In this document: piece by piece, positions 13,859 to 25,447 of the stretch
Layout: each line of letters starts with the position of its first letter
Position numbering within the stretch: the first letter of the stretch is position 1
NCBI RefSeq assembly: GCF_964204645.1
Contig: NC_134032.1
Coordinates: 9,598,275-9,662,274 of the forward strand
Length of the DNA stretch: 64,000 nt
Origin: Tubulanus polymorphus
Lineage: Eukaryota; Animalia; Nemertea
Direction of reading: 5' to 3'
Made by a program: the position numbers and the translations under genes
Notes under the pieces: generated by a model
What the model saw: the letters and a program-made list of their open reading frames with translations, nothing else
Told to the model about the DNA's origin: nothing
The model's database searches: none

Positions 13859-14754
13859 GGTGGCGCCTCGAGGCCCCCATTGTTGCTATAACTTTCGCTT
13901 TTGTTTTTAGAAGCTTCTATTGAATATCAATGAGTCTAGCTCTGCAGTCCCTTGCTTGATAATCGTAATCTATACATCATTTTATAGGAAATGAAATCTT
14001 AGTCGGAACTATTTCGGCGAGAACACTAGATTGCAAGAAAATATTGGTGCATTAAATTTCCTAGGGATGGTGTGCATTGTCAGCAAAACCGTTGGAACTC
14101 TCATTCGAAATAGATATCGTGTCACATGTGGTTTGTGAACACAGCGAGTGGCCGCGATCAGCACCGATGGAAAAATTTTTTTATCCAATATTAATATTGA
14201 ACGCCGTTCTGAAAAAGTGCTGGTAGCTATAGCATACATCGTGCATAAACAAATCGCCATGTCTAATGGATATATAGCTGTTGTAATGCGTGGTTGGTAC
14301 GCGCACTTGAGTGACAGCTGGACGGACAACCGTCGAGGGGTATATGCTGTAAGCATAGAACACGCGACGAAATACGCAGACTGCCCGCGAAAAACTGCGA
14401 AACTGGTTTGTCGTCAAATTAAACCGATGGACGTCATCGGGTATTGTTGATGGCAGTCGAATCAGCAATGAATGGCACTCCCAGCGGGCGGTCTGCTAGA
14501 ACTTGTATGTGGGCCCTCCTCCAGACAATTTGAAAATGTTGCGCTGAAGCATTTCCGATAATTTCGGTTATTTATACAAGTCAATACTGGTCCAGCTAGA
14601 CGCAACAGTTCCATTGACAGGCAATAAGAGTCTGTTTCTAATCATGGAAGTGGTCCGTTCCGAAATTTAGAATGGACTCGGATCGGTCTTTAGGTCGGGC
14701 CAGATTGGTCATGTTCCGTTTTCAAAATAACGTAGCGTCAAAATAGGTTATATA

Positions 14755-15007
14755 CAACTAGTGAACTGGTGCCAAAGTCGAATTCAATCTACACAACTGT
14801 AGAACTGGGTCCAGAGTCCAATTAAACCCACACAACTGTGGAACTGGGTCCTTAGTAAAATCAAACCCACACAACTGTGGAACCGGGTCCAGAGTCAGAA
14901 TAAACCCGACACAAACTCCGGAAACTGGATCCATAGTCAAATTAAACGCACGCAACTTTGGAACTGTGGAGCCAGATTCGCGAATTGAACGCACGCAATT
15001 GTGGAGC
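14755..15007. repeat. 39-bp tandem repeat, ~6-7 diverged copies
   Basis: Unit CACAACTGTGGAACTGGGTCCAGAGTCAAATTAAACCCA repeated head to tail; explains the periodic ORF 14758-14994. Confidence 0.85.
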
Positions 15008-15392
15008 TTATCAAACTCGCAACTGCGTCAATGGAATTATTAATAGGATTAGGATCTAAAACCAATCACCTGCACAGCCGATAACCTAAACACTCACCCC
15101 ATGTAGGCCTAAACCTGAAACCTTATCATCGTCATCAATGATTACTCAACAAGCATTTTAACAATGCTGCTACCATTAGCTGGAGATTCCATTGAATGCG
15201 TGTTTTTTCTTCGCAACCTGTCGCGACTGTTCAAATTCAACGCTCTAACGCATGTAAAGTAGCTCAGTACTCGCTGCCGGAACAGCTGTCGCAATATAGG
15301 GGACAATATTGGGTGCGTGATGTGCAATTATTGAATAGTCTGTTAAACAACCGCGAGTCGAACGATAACCACACTCAAACGTGGTGAACGGA

Positions 15393-15511
15393 TAATAAGA
15401 TAAAAACCTACTATCTACAGCTTAAAAGAATTAAAAGCAAGAATTTATAAAAACAAGAAATTCTTGCTTTTAATTCTTTTAAGCTGTAGATAGTGGGTTT
15501 TTATCTTATTA
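15393..15511. repeat. Near-perfect hairpin (54-bp arms, 11-nt loop)
   Basis: 15393-15446 is the reverse complement of 15458-15511 with one mismatch; the arm sequence recurs singly at ~29618-29653. Confidence 0.9.
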
Positions 15512-16164
15512 ACCGCGAGTCGGTGTGGATTTCTTACTCGGTAAAGTTAAGGCTGCTAGAAATTCGGTAACAGCGAATGTTCCCCAGTAGATATTCGCCC
15601 AGGTGAAATGCTGTTCCCCCAATTCGGTTCTTTTATCAAATTAGAGTTATATGTAGTGTCACCAACGGGATCTTTGAATTTCGCTTGAGTGAGTTAAAAT
15701 ACCACAAAACGTCCAAGAAAAAACAAGTGACAGCACACAGAGTTCCTGTCTTCAGTAGTACTTTATTCAGCGAACTGATTCTAGATGGGTACAGCGGTCT
15801 CCCTCTACCGTCCAAAACAACTAGTATATATAGTTCACTTCTTAATTATCTTATCAATAAACCCATTACCAAAACAGTAAAAATTGTCGTTAGCTCAACC
15901 TGCGTTGGACGAAAAACCATTCAATTTAAAGTGACGTGACGATAAACTTGATTACTTCTCAAACTTCTCATTAATTTCTGTCTATATACGTGACATTTTC
16001 TCACTAAATTCTGACATAAAGTTTGAATTATAGTTTGCGGCAGCAGTTCTATTTGTTAATCCCGTTGGTGACAGTAGTACATGTATTGTATATATCAATT
16101 TTTCAAACTTGAATGCACTGATAATTATTACCTCACACAAGGAGGGTATATTTACTGAATGTAG

Positions 16165-16633
16165 GTAACCCCCCCCCCCCCCCCCCGGTAAATATCCCCC
16201 CGGTAAAACTCCCACACGGTAAAAATCCCCCCAGGTAAAAATCCCCCTGGTAAAAATCCCCCCAATTTCAGTTTTCTATCAAATTTAAGTAAAAAACCTA
16301 AATGAAAACAGATAATACTTTTTACAATAATACATAGTACATAGATAGGTACACAGACATTTTCATATTACTTCTAAACTAGATTTCTTCATAGAAATTT
16401 TCAGAAATACGATAATATCATTTTTATGCATGTTACTAGTTAAAAGTCACAGAATAATGTCATTTTTATGCACGTAGCTTGGCCAAAGTCATTGATTATC
16501 CAAGGTGAATATTGTGATAAACATCACGGAAAATCTGAAGTTTCTGAAAACTACTATAAGTTTTTCAACATAAGGATATTGAAGTATTTTGTTGAGTATT
16601 GCTGCAAATTGGGGGGAGGGGGGATTTTTACCC
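16165..16633. mobile_element. MITE-like element with C-rich subterminal repeats (GGTAAAAATCCCCC)n
   Basis: GGTAAAAATCCCCC repeated ~16187-16263, mirrored by CTGCAAATTGGGGGGAGGGGGGATTTTTACCC at ~16602-16633. Confidence 0.55.
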
Positions 16634-16635
16634 TC

Positions 16636-17240
16636 TTTTACCCCGAGTTGGTGTCAAATATCGAGTAAGAGTTTGCGAACCACTAGACTCTCTCTCTCTT
16701 ACTGAGTTGAGACTGGTAAAATTCTACCCCGAGTTGGTGTCAAATACTGAGTAAATTGTATCCAGAGTTGGTGACAAATGCCGAGTAGGAGTTTGCGAAA
16801 TACAGTAGACTCTGTCTCTTACTGCGGTTGAGAATGCTAAAATTCTACCCAGATTGGTGTAAAATACTGAGTAAGAGTTTGTGAAATACAGATGACTCTG
16901 TCTCTTACTGCGGTAAAGTTGAAAATGCTATTATTCTACCCAGATTGGTGTAAAATACTGAGTAAGAGTTTGTGAAATACAGTAGACTCTGTCTCTTACT
17001 GCGGTAAAGTTGAGAATGCTAAAATTCTACCCAGATTGGTGTAAAATACTGAATAAGAGTTTGTGAAATACAGTAGACCCTGTCTCTTACTGCGGTAAAG
17101 TTGAGAATGCTAAAATTTCTACCCAGATTGGTGTAGAATACTGAGTAAGAGTTTGTGAAATACAGTAGACGCTGTGTCTTACTCAGCGCAAAGTTGAGAC
17201 CGGTAAATTCTCCCAGAGTTGGTTTCAGATATTGAGTAAT
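16636..17240. repeat. ~91-bp tandem repeat, ~6 copies
   Basis: Unit ATTCTACCCAGATTGGTGTAAAATACTGAGTAAGAGTTTGTGAAATACAGTAGACTCTGTCTCTTACTGCGGTAAAGTTGAGAATGCTAAA; starts at 16933 and 17024 are 91 bp apart. Confidence 0.9.
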
Positions 17241-19768
17241 GGCTTTACAAAATAGTGAAGACGGTTGGTTTTACTTGAGTCAAGACTGATAACAGTGATA
17301 CATACATAATGAAATTCCTAATGGCCGATCCTCAAATGAAATGTCAACCTTTTCAAAACTTAAAAAAAAGAACTTCAAAATTGATATTAAGCTAAACATC
17401 CCCAAACCTGTTAATATCGTATTGTCCTAAACCCGCCGCTGTGTGAACCTATATTTTTCCAGTGATCTCGCTGTAATAATGAATTAGAATTCAACACCAC
17501 ATTTTTTATATGAGCGTATATAAAGGAAATTACACCTGACCTCAAATCGACAAATTGAAATAACTCTCAAGTACTTTTTACGCGCAGTTTTTTAGAATGA
17601 AATTTGTCCGATGTTATAATATGTGGTATATACTGTGTATTTTTGGTCGTACTGGTTAAGAGGATCGCTTTAGAGTAGGCGCATGGTTCAACGGATGATC
17701 AATAACGCAATGCCATAGTAATGTGGGTAAAATTAAGCCTAGCTCGTCGTACAGTCGTTTCTATTTTTAAGAACGAAAAAGGTTTATCTTACGGACGTTT
17801 TTATTTCAACATCGCGGCAGCCGGTCTCCATAAATCCCCTAGATAACAAAAACGAATTAACCAGTTTTTTACTTCTTCAGGCGCGGAATCAGATGGTAGC
17901 ATCGTAGACACGTGTGGCTAGTGCGCTACCGTCACGAAAATCTCGAGCAAATTAGCATATTTTTTCACCCCCAACGTGTAAAGGGCACATGGAGGACCCC
18001 CAATCCCCTCTCTCGTTTATCGAGGATTATGCCATTCTTTATAAGTTGTGCTTCCCTCACCTGTGGTCCCTGGATCGGCATTCGCTTTTCAGCTGTAAAT
18101 ACCTAGCAAATTCCTCTGACATCGTCTACCAAAATATGACCGCCCCAATATAGACCGTGGACTCTTCAAAACGGATTGTTGTCGGGGCCTGACGACTTCA
18201 TCGCAATTAGGTTAGGCCTTTGTGAATACGCGTGTATTTTTCAAAGATCATCACTGAATTTATATGCGAATAAAAAAAGTTCAACTTACCCATTTTAGAA
18301 TAGTTGATAAACCATCATTCTGGCGATCAGAGCAGATAAGGGGAAAATGACCATTCGACTGAGTTGAAATTGCTTTGGGGTGAAGTATGGATTGGGCATT
18401 AAGCGTAGATCCCGTCACTAGAGTGAGAAGGGAAGGCTATTGAAATACGGGTTTAACGTGTTTACAAGCGCCGCCGAGTTTCCTCACAATAGTACATTGA
18501 AGACTTCAAACCGGTTTTCAAAGATCTTCGACTACAAGTGTCTTTTGTTGAATTGGCGTTCCACTGAGTCAAAGCCCGGGCAACATCTAAGCTAAGTTAA
18601 TAATAGTTCATGGACAATACACTTTCTCGGGAAGGGGAGTATGTATTATCTATTGTCTCTCGCGCAGGGGGGGGGGGGGGGCTTTAGTTTCACCTTTCAC
18701 CACAAGATTAAGATCAATTTCGTGAATTGACTATCTAACCATAAACCGAATTAGTAAAGACATTCAACATCGATTTCAAAGTCGTTATTAATATCCAGCT
18801 ACACAAATCGAGAAGATACACAATATCCGTGTACGATGAATATACAAGAGTAATCCCGCAATAAATCAGCCAGAGTTCTTGTGGTGAGTTTCAAGGTCAC
18901 TGATTTCTGTAAACGTCCACCAGGGGGCGTTGAATATTGAAATTTAGTACCGAATAAATTTGCATAGGTATTTACATACGATTTCAATTTGGTTCTTGTA
19001 TGAATAATTTACTTTATTCGTACTACCGAACTTTTCTGAATACTTTAAAGTAACTTTATTCTGCACGACTCCTGATGATGATTCCTTATACGAAACGTTA
19101 CTCGGATAAAAAGAACTTAACATCTTCGTCTGATTTATTGAAGGATTTCTCAAGTGTATCCAGCCACATGCCACAGGTCGCTTTAATGCCTTCGCAAGCG
19201 TTGGAACTGCAATACAATAACGCAAGTACTAGATTGTGTAAAAATATCGATCCTGCTAAAACTTTTATTACTGCAAGATATCCTGATTATCATAATTTTT
19301 GGTCACGATCTTAGCGAAATAAATACGTGTATATATATATCATATTTATTTACATTATAAGAATAAATCTTCGCCCGAAAATTTACTTTTTGAAAATTGA
19401 TGTTCTGTGAGAAAACGAATAAAACTAACTCGTCAAAATCTTATCGAAAATCTTATGCCTCGATTTTTAGAAGTTGAAGTTAGAATTTTGACGACTGTTC
19501 TAGGAGGAAAAAAGAACCGGTAAAACCGCAAAATTATCAATACAGTCTTCTCAGGATTTTGACAATCAATTAGATCTCATTGTAAACCCTGGTCCATTCA
19601 GCGCCTCCATGCAGTCAGAGACTGGTGCCATTTTTCTATAATCCTAACTTTGTTTGTCATGTCTAAATCGTATCTGTCGTTAAGTCAGTTCCGAAAATAC
19701 GAGCTTCTAATCATAATGCCAGCATTTTCTTCAACTCTTCTGGACCAAGAATTTCTCTTCACATCCTC

Positions 19769-20941
19769 TTATGAACATGGATTGGGAGTCATTTCCAGAC
19801 GCTCCCAAATTTCCCTCATTTGCCAGCGGTCGACGTTCGTCACGATTACGGACGTATTACGCTTGATCCAGCAAGCGATTTGCTCACTACTCCTCCGGCG
19901 GTGTATCACGTTGTTCGCAAATCTGCGATTGTGAAATAACCGAACGCCCTCTATCGTCGCCAGAATACCCGTGAAGTATACGTCCTCCATGTTTATGAGG
20001 CGAGTGCGCAGCGCGGCGCGGTAGAGTCTCGATGCCGTCCGCGCGTGCATCACGTACGCATTTCCGGCCAAATACGGCGGGTAGACTTCGAACGGGTATT
20101 GCCCGACGGGTACCCCGTATCGCCCTCCGCGAATTACGAGCGGTCTAGGACCGTTGACATATCCCATTATCTTATTTTCCAGACCGAGATTGGCTGCGTT
20201 TACGTCTTCTAGAAGTTTCGGAACGTTTACGAAGATGTCGCTATCGGCTTTCATTACGTACGCGGCGTCTGGGCAGTGCTCGGTCGCCCATCGAAGAGCT
20301 AGGGCCGTTTTCAGGGTTAGATTACCATACACATCGTCGAAATCGGCCACTATCAAATCGGCGAAGTCTTTAAACTCTCCCTGTAGGTTCGTCTCGCTTT
20401 CACCGCCATCTGGTGGCGGTTTTCCGACTAGGTAATAAATGCTGATTGCGTATCGCGGAAGTTTTCGCCCGTGGGTCCACTCGCCCGTGAAGCTCGACGT
20501 TCCCCACGTTATTCGCAGACGATCGCGCGTCAACTTGTCGCCCACGCGTGACGTCACCAGAACGAGTAAATGAGGCGCTTCCGGTGACTTGCATCCGGGG
20601 TTTAAAATCCATTTAACCTCCGACAGATAGGAGTTGACGATCTGGTCGCGTTTTTTGAAATATTCTCCGTAATTCTTTTGCTTTTTCAAAACGTACCTAA
20701 CCTTCCTTTTTCGAACCGGAATCGACGCAACAGCGGATTTTCGACGTTCTGCGATTTTCGACACCGGGCGAGCACCTGCGCCGGTTTTCAAAACGGTCGT
20801 ATTTGCGTGCCGATCGCTCGATATTATCGACCGTGTTCCGAATAAAGCCCCGGCAGCGATGTAAATAAGAAATAACGTTTGAATTATCACGATCGTCGTC
20901 ACCGTCGCTTTCAGCAGCCGAACGAGTATTTTCGACACCAT
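19769..20941 (-). CDS. Beta-1,3-galactosyltransferase-like (GT31), type II membrane protein, single coding exon
   Basis: ATG at 20941 (MVSKILVRLL...), TM anchor, then R-x-x-x-R-x-T-W, DxYxNLTLKT, KADSDIFVN (DxD), YPPYLAG and EDVYFTG, all hallmark GT31 motifs. Confidence 0.92.
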   Translation of the reverse strand: MVSKILVRLLKATVTTIVIIQTLFLIYIAAGALFGTRSIISSDRHANTTVLKTGAGARPVSKIAERRKSAVASIPVRKRKVRYVLKKQKNYGEYFKKRDQIVNSYLSEVKWILNPGCKSPEAPHLLVLVTSRVGDKLTRDRLRITWGTSSFTGEWTHGRKLPRYAISIYYLVGKPPPDGGESETNLQGEFKDFADLIVADFDDVYGNLTLKTALALRWATEHCPDAAYVMKADSDIFVNVPKLLEDVNAANLGLENKIMGYVNGPRPLVIRGGRYGVPVGQYPFEVYPPYLAGNAYVMHARTASRLYRAALRTRLINMEDVYFTGILATIEGVRLFHNRRFANNVIHRRRSSEQIACWIKRNTSVIVTNVDRWQMREIWERLEMTPNPCS

Positions 20942-22748
20942 GATCGCCGCGGAATGTCCTCGCGCGTTTATTTCTCGCAAAACGTTCCTGGAGAGATGGC
21001 CGCCTTACCTACACCATTATAATCCTAACCGGGTGGCAAAATAAACCGCTTGTTTCATTTCAGCGAGATCGTGCAATTAGCGATCGACGCAATTCACTTA
21101 AGTCTTGCTCACATATGATATTACACACATATATTCAGAGATCACATTTTTCGAACTTAAACACGAGGAACCCGCATATAGGCCTCTACTGGTAATGACG
21201 CGTATATACAATAAGACATTTAACTATATATTTGCATTCAAACGCAATGAACCGCAATGAATTCCTCGTCCCGGCAGTGTGTTTGTGAGAGTCGCTATAA
21301 TTAACAAGTTTGGCCAAGAACGTTTTGATGTGCAAACAAATTAACAATAGACCCTTTCGATGTAATCAAACTTCCTGTTTTAAACATGTCAACGCGTGCT
21401 AATAGACTCTACCGATACTTCGCTTCAGTACGCCTGAACTTGAAGCACTAATTACTCGAAGGCCTGAATGATAAGGTCTTTGGCCAAAACGTTGCTCCAA
21501 ATATACATAATCATTTACGCAAGAACTTGACATCTGCTGAATTATTGTAGGATTTCTATCTCTCTATATATATATATAGTTGTGCTGTGCTGTGACAAGT
21601 GGTCGAATTTACGAATTTTTTGTTTGAATTGCAGTACATTAATGGAAATTTCAGTTCCGGATCATTCAAACAATCCTCAAGCCAGCTTGAATCAGCGAGT
21701 CACCAAAACACTGCTTTTACACATTGTAAAAGCAGCTGGTGGGACCTGCTTTCCGTAGACCTATTCTTTCTCTTTTCATTTTTCTTTCATTGGCAATCAT
21801 AACTTATGACGAATAGAACACCATAAACCTTTATCAAATCACTAGTAGGCAATTTGATGATGTCATAGTCACAGGATATTGTCGATGCTACCATTATTTG
21901 GGAATTTATGGTACGTAGCATAATGTATGGCAGGCATAATACCAAGTACAAACGATGATCTCTAGGGCGAAATCGATTTTTGAAAAACTTAATTCTCAGT
22001 CTAAAATTCTTTGAATTTGCACATAGTGGGTTTTTATCTTTTATCTTTGGCAGGGTCTACGTTTCCAACGAGGATTTCGGTTATTCAGTGGCGCACCAGA
22101 ACACCGTTTCGATCGATCAAGATGGCGGCTATGGGGCGGACCGGATTTTCATATCTTATGTTGTAACTAACGTTTGTTATGTTTCAAATTGCTTTCATCT
22201 GTTTTTTTTTTGTAAATAATTGTAAATACTGTTTTTTCCTCCATGTACCATGGGAATGGTTGGAGTGATATAAATATTCGTATTCGTATTCATATCCGGA
22301 AGATGAGAAATCAAATTACAAAAGAAATTCTCGCTCGATGATAGAATCATTTTATTCAATAACATTTTACAGTTGAACCTCGTTAATACAATTCTGTTAA
22401 AGACGAAAATCGTTTATTACGACGATTTTACTTTTCCCACAAGATTCGTATCAACGAGTTTCCGATTTGCATGTTACAATTATTTTATTAAAAAATCGAA
22501 TACGACCAGAAAACGTCATTCTTCCCTTACAACGCTACCTAGCGAAAAACGCCCGAACTGGTCAATTAATCAATTATTCTTCGCCCAAAATTGAACATGA
22601 ATAATACTGACGCTTTTTATGCTAATTTATGTAAATAATACTCTGTACCAGGAACAAATAGGAGTATAAAACAGGAATGTTTCATAAATTTGATGTCGGA
22701 AAAAGTTTTTAAAATATGGCACATTGAATTATGATATGTTTGACAATA

Positions 22749-22920
22749 CAGTAGAACCCGTTTAATTCCGGATTTAGGACCAACAAAATTCACCCGGTTT
22801 ACGGGGAAATCCAGATTTAAAGTCATTTTCTTGTATACTAATGAACAAATGGACTGCAAATATTGTCCGGATTAGACCAAAAACCAGATTAAGCCGATCC
22901 GGATTAAGCGGGTTTGACTC
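22749..22920. mobile_element. Tc1/mariner (pogo-like) MITE
   Basis: TA|CAGTAGAACCCGTTTAATTCCGGA ... TCCGGATTAAGCGGGTTTGACTC|TA; a similar degraded element lies at ~22370-22470. Confidence 0.65.
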
Positions 22921-24864
22921 TAAGTCAATACTTGTATTAATACAAGATGATGTTCAAAGTGAAAGTTAGTTTTATATTACAAATGTATATACATGCATAT
23001 ATTTGTTTTATACGTCAGCAGTTTCTTAATTTCTGGCCGGATAATCATAGAACGAGGCAAACCTTCCTTTGGGGAGTGGATTGAATTTTATATATGTAGT
23101 GCAGCTCTCTGAAAAAGAGGGGTGGGGTTAGTTTGGCGAAACCGTCAAATTACAAAGTCAAACTCAAATGCAATATCCGCATCAAATTAATGATATTCGC
23201 GATATAATTATCGAGTCATATTATACGTTTTCAAAATTTCTTGCCTAGGCCATAGCGAAACTCGATGTGATATGATCCTAAGATTGCCCGTAAGCCTACT
23301 GTGGCAGGGCTTCATACTGTGGTATTCTCGATGCCATCACGTTCGAATCTCTGCCGGGGAGAATGGGATTGAATTGTTGCGTGTGAATCGCCACCTGGTT
23401 CCGGAAGTGAGGCATTGTTTAGCCGTGTCGTCGCAGCTTCTAGGTCCGCAGAAACCGGAGACTGAAAGAGCTAACATCGTTCATTGCGGAAGTTAAATCT
23501 GACGCACAACTGAAGAAGTAGATTCACATGTACCTTAGATAGATATATACATGTACGGTACTGGAGTTCCCCCAGCCAATTCCCTTCTTAAAAGGAGGAC
23601 GAATTTTCCATCTTCGGTGGAATTTTCATTACGTTAAAATTACACTTTTCATAGTTAAACCTAGGGGTCCAGGGACACCACGCTCGCTTGGGAATTGGTT
23701 TTAAATGCTCAACAATAAAAACATTCAACTATCAACACCACTGTTGACCTTGAGCTCACCACAATCGTGGAGCATGTCAAGATCACAGTACGGCCAACTT
23801 ACGACCTAATTTTTCTTATGCTGATAGGCCCTTCGGAAATACAACTACTGTATACATAAATGATCAAGATAATTGAAAGCTTCACAGATGTGTAAACAGT
23901 GCTGATTTCGGTCAACATTAATGGCTGCCAGGTGGCCATCTTGAATCTGATTTAGACCAGTTTTTGGGCTGAAGATGCGTCTGTAGTGGAAAGATGTATA
24001 TAACAAACATCAAGACAATCCATTGAAACGTCTTCCAAAGTTCCCAAAATAACTTGATTCTGTCCACAGATGAACAGATGAGCGAGAAGTGAACGCAATA
24101 GCCTGCTGGGACGTAAGTCCCAAGTGGGTAAAAAATATTTACAAGTAATATAGAATTAACATTTGAAAAATAACTTAAATTTTTAAGGGACTAGCCAGTC
24201 AGTGATATAATTACATACGTAAACAAAATTAAGTCTTCAAAGATTGTCCGACTTATCTTTGATTAAAATGCAAAATCATTGTAATGCTTCAGTCCGATTT
24301 TGAAAAAGATCGCAAACTTTTGCAGCATGAAACTGGACCTTGTGCAAGACATTACATCAGATAATTGTCGATTACCTAGAATAATGAATTAAAATGTAAC
24401 AAAAATAAAATGTTCATAAAAAGTTCAAGCTCTAAGTCGGGCCCTCCGGATCCAATGGGTTACTTGTGGCAACTGCTGGGCGATATACATCCATACAAAA
24501 TTTGGTAATGATTTGGACGAATGGGCGACCACTGGTGGTCAAATCCAATGTTGATTTATGCCATGGCCACACAGATCGCTGGTACCAAGCTTCATCATGT
24601 TCCTACGATAACTGTAGGACTATTACTAATGATTTTAAGTAAATTTCGATGACGGATGGCCCGACAGTCACTGCAGAGCTAATAACAAATATCACTATAA
24701 AATTCATTTTTAAAACCCGTCACCAACAATGCAATGATGTCATTGGGGGAATACCTGGAAGCAAGCTTAGAACCCCGAATGATCTGTCTCTATTCCTCTT
24801 CATCGTGGCTGCCTCCTTATGCCCTAATGATAGCTTCAAATAAACTACATAGACAATTCTGAAA

Positions 24865-25131
24865 CAGAGCGTCGGAACAGGGGCGGCCAAAGCCACCCCA
24901 CTTTTTTGCTTAACAAAATTTTTTTCAAAAGCACGCTGTACCGCGTAGCAGCTCGTCGTTCTCTGTACTAGGTGGTTGGCTCACGGCTTTTCATGCTTCT
25001 GTGAATGAGACTGTGAAATGGCCCCAAAACGTATCTCCAGCAATTGAATTTTCAAATTTTTCTAGGGGAGGGCCCCCAGACCCCCTTCAGAAATAAGCCT
25101 CGCCACTGAAAAATTCCTTCCGACGGCTCTG
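24865..25131. mobile_element. MITE with CAG...CTG termini and 5-bp TSD (TGAAA)
   Basis: CAGAGCGTCGGAA / TTCCGACGGCTCTG TIRs; TGAAA at 24860-24864 and 25132-25136. Confidence 0.75.
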
Positions 25132-25447
25132 TGAAAAGATGGCCACACCCCGGTAAAATACATGTAAAAGACATCATCGTCAAGCATCCCTCCTTTCTGA
25201 AGTGTCTATTTATGGAGTAATTTGATGATTTCATAGAAGGATTTATGGAGGCAACCATCTTTCTGGAAGTGTCTTACCAGTAATTCAGCTGACATCAATA
25301 GGGGGATTTACATAGTCAGCCATATATTTGCGTTATTCTGGGCCCTGTTTCACAAAAACGACTAACCCCTTAATCCATTCAAGATCAACTCAATTAACAA
25401 AGAAATTAAATCAATTCAAGAAAACTTTTTGTGAAACCGGATCCAGG

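Noticed and set aside
14009-14468. Three overlapping ~100-aa ORFs
   Set aside because: No domain similarity and no convincing splice sites linking them to the neighbouring gene.
14755-17240. Regularly spaced repeats resembling a CRISPR array
   Set aside because: Whole units repeat with no unique spacers, there are no cas genes and the context is eukaryotic; these are minisatellites.
17790-19320. Fragmented minus-strand coding-like frames downstream of the GT31 gene
   Set aside because: Multiple stops, no recognisable motif and no phase-consistent exon chain.
20225-20255. GT31 motif reads KADSD instead of KTDDD
   Set aside because: DxD is retained; within normal family variation.
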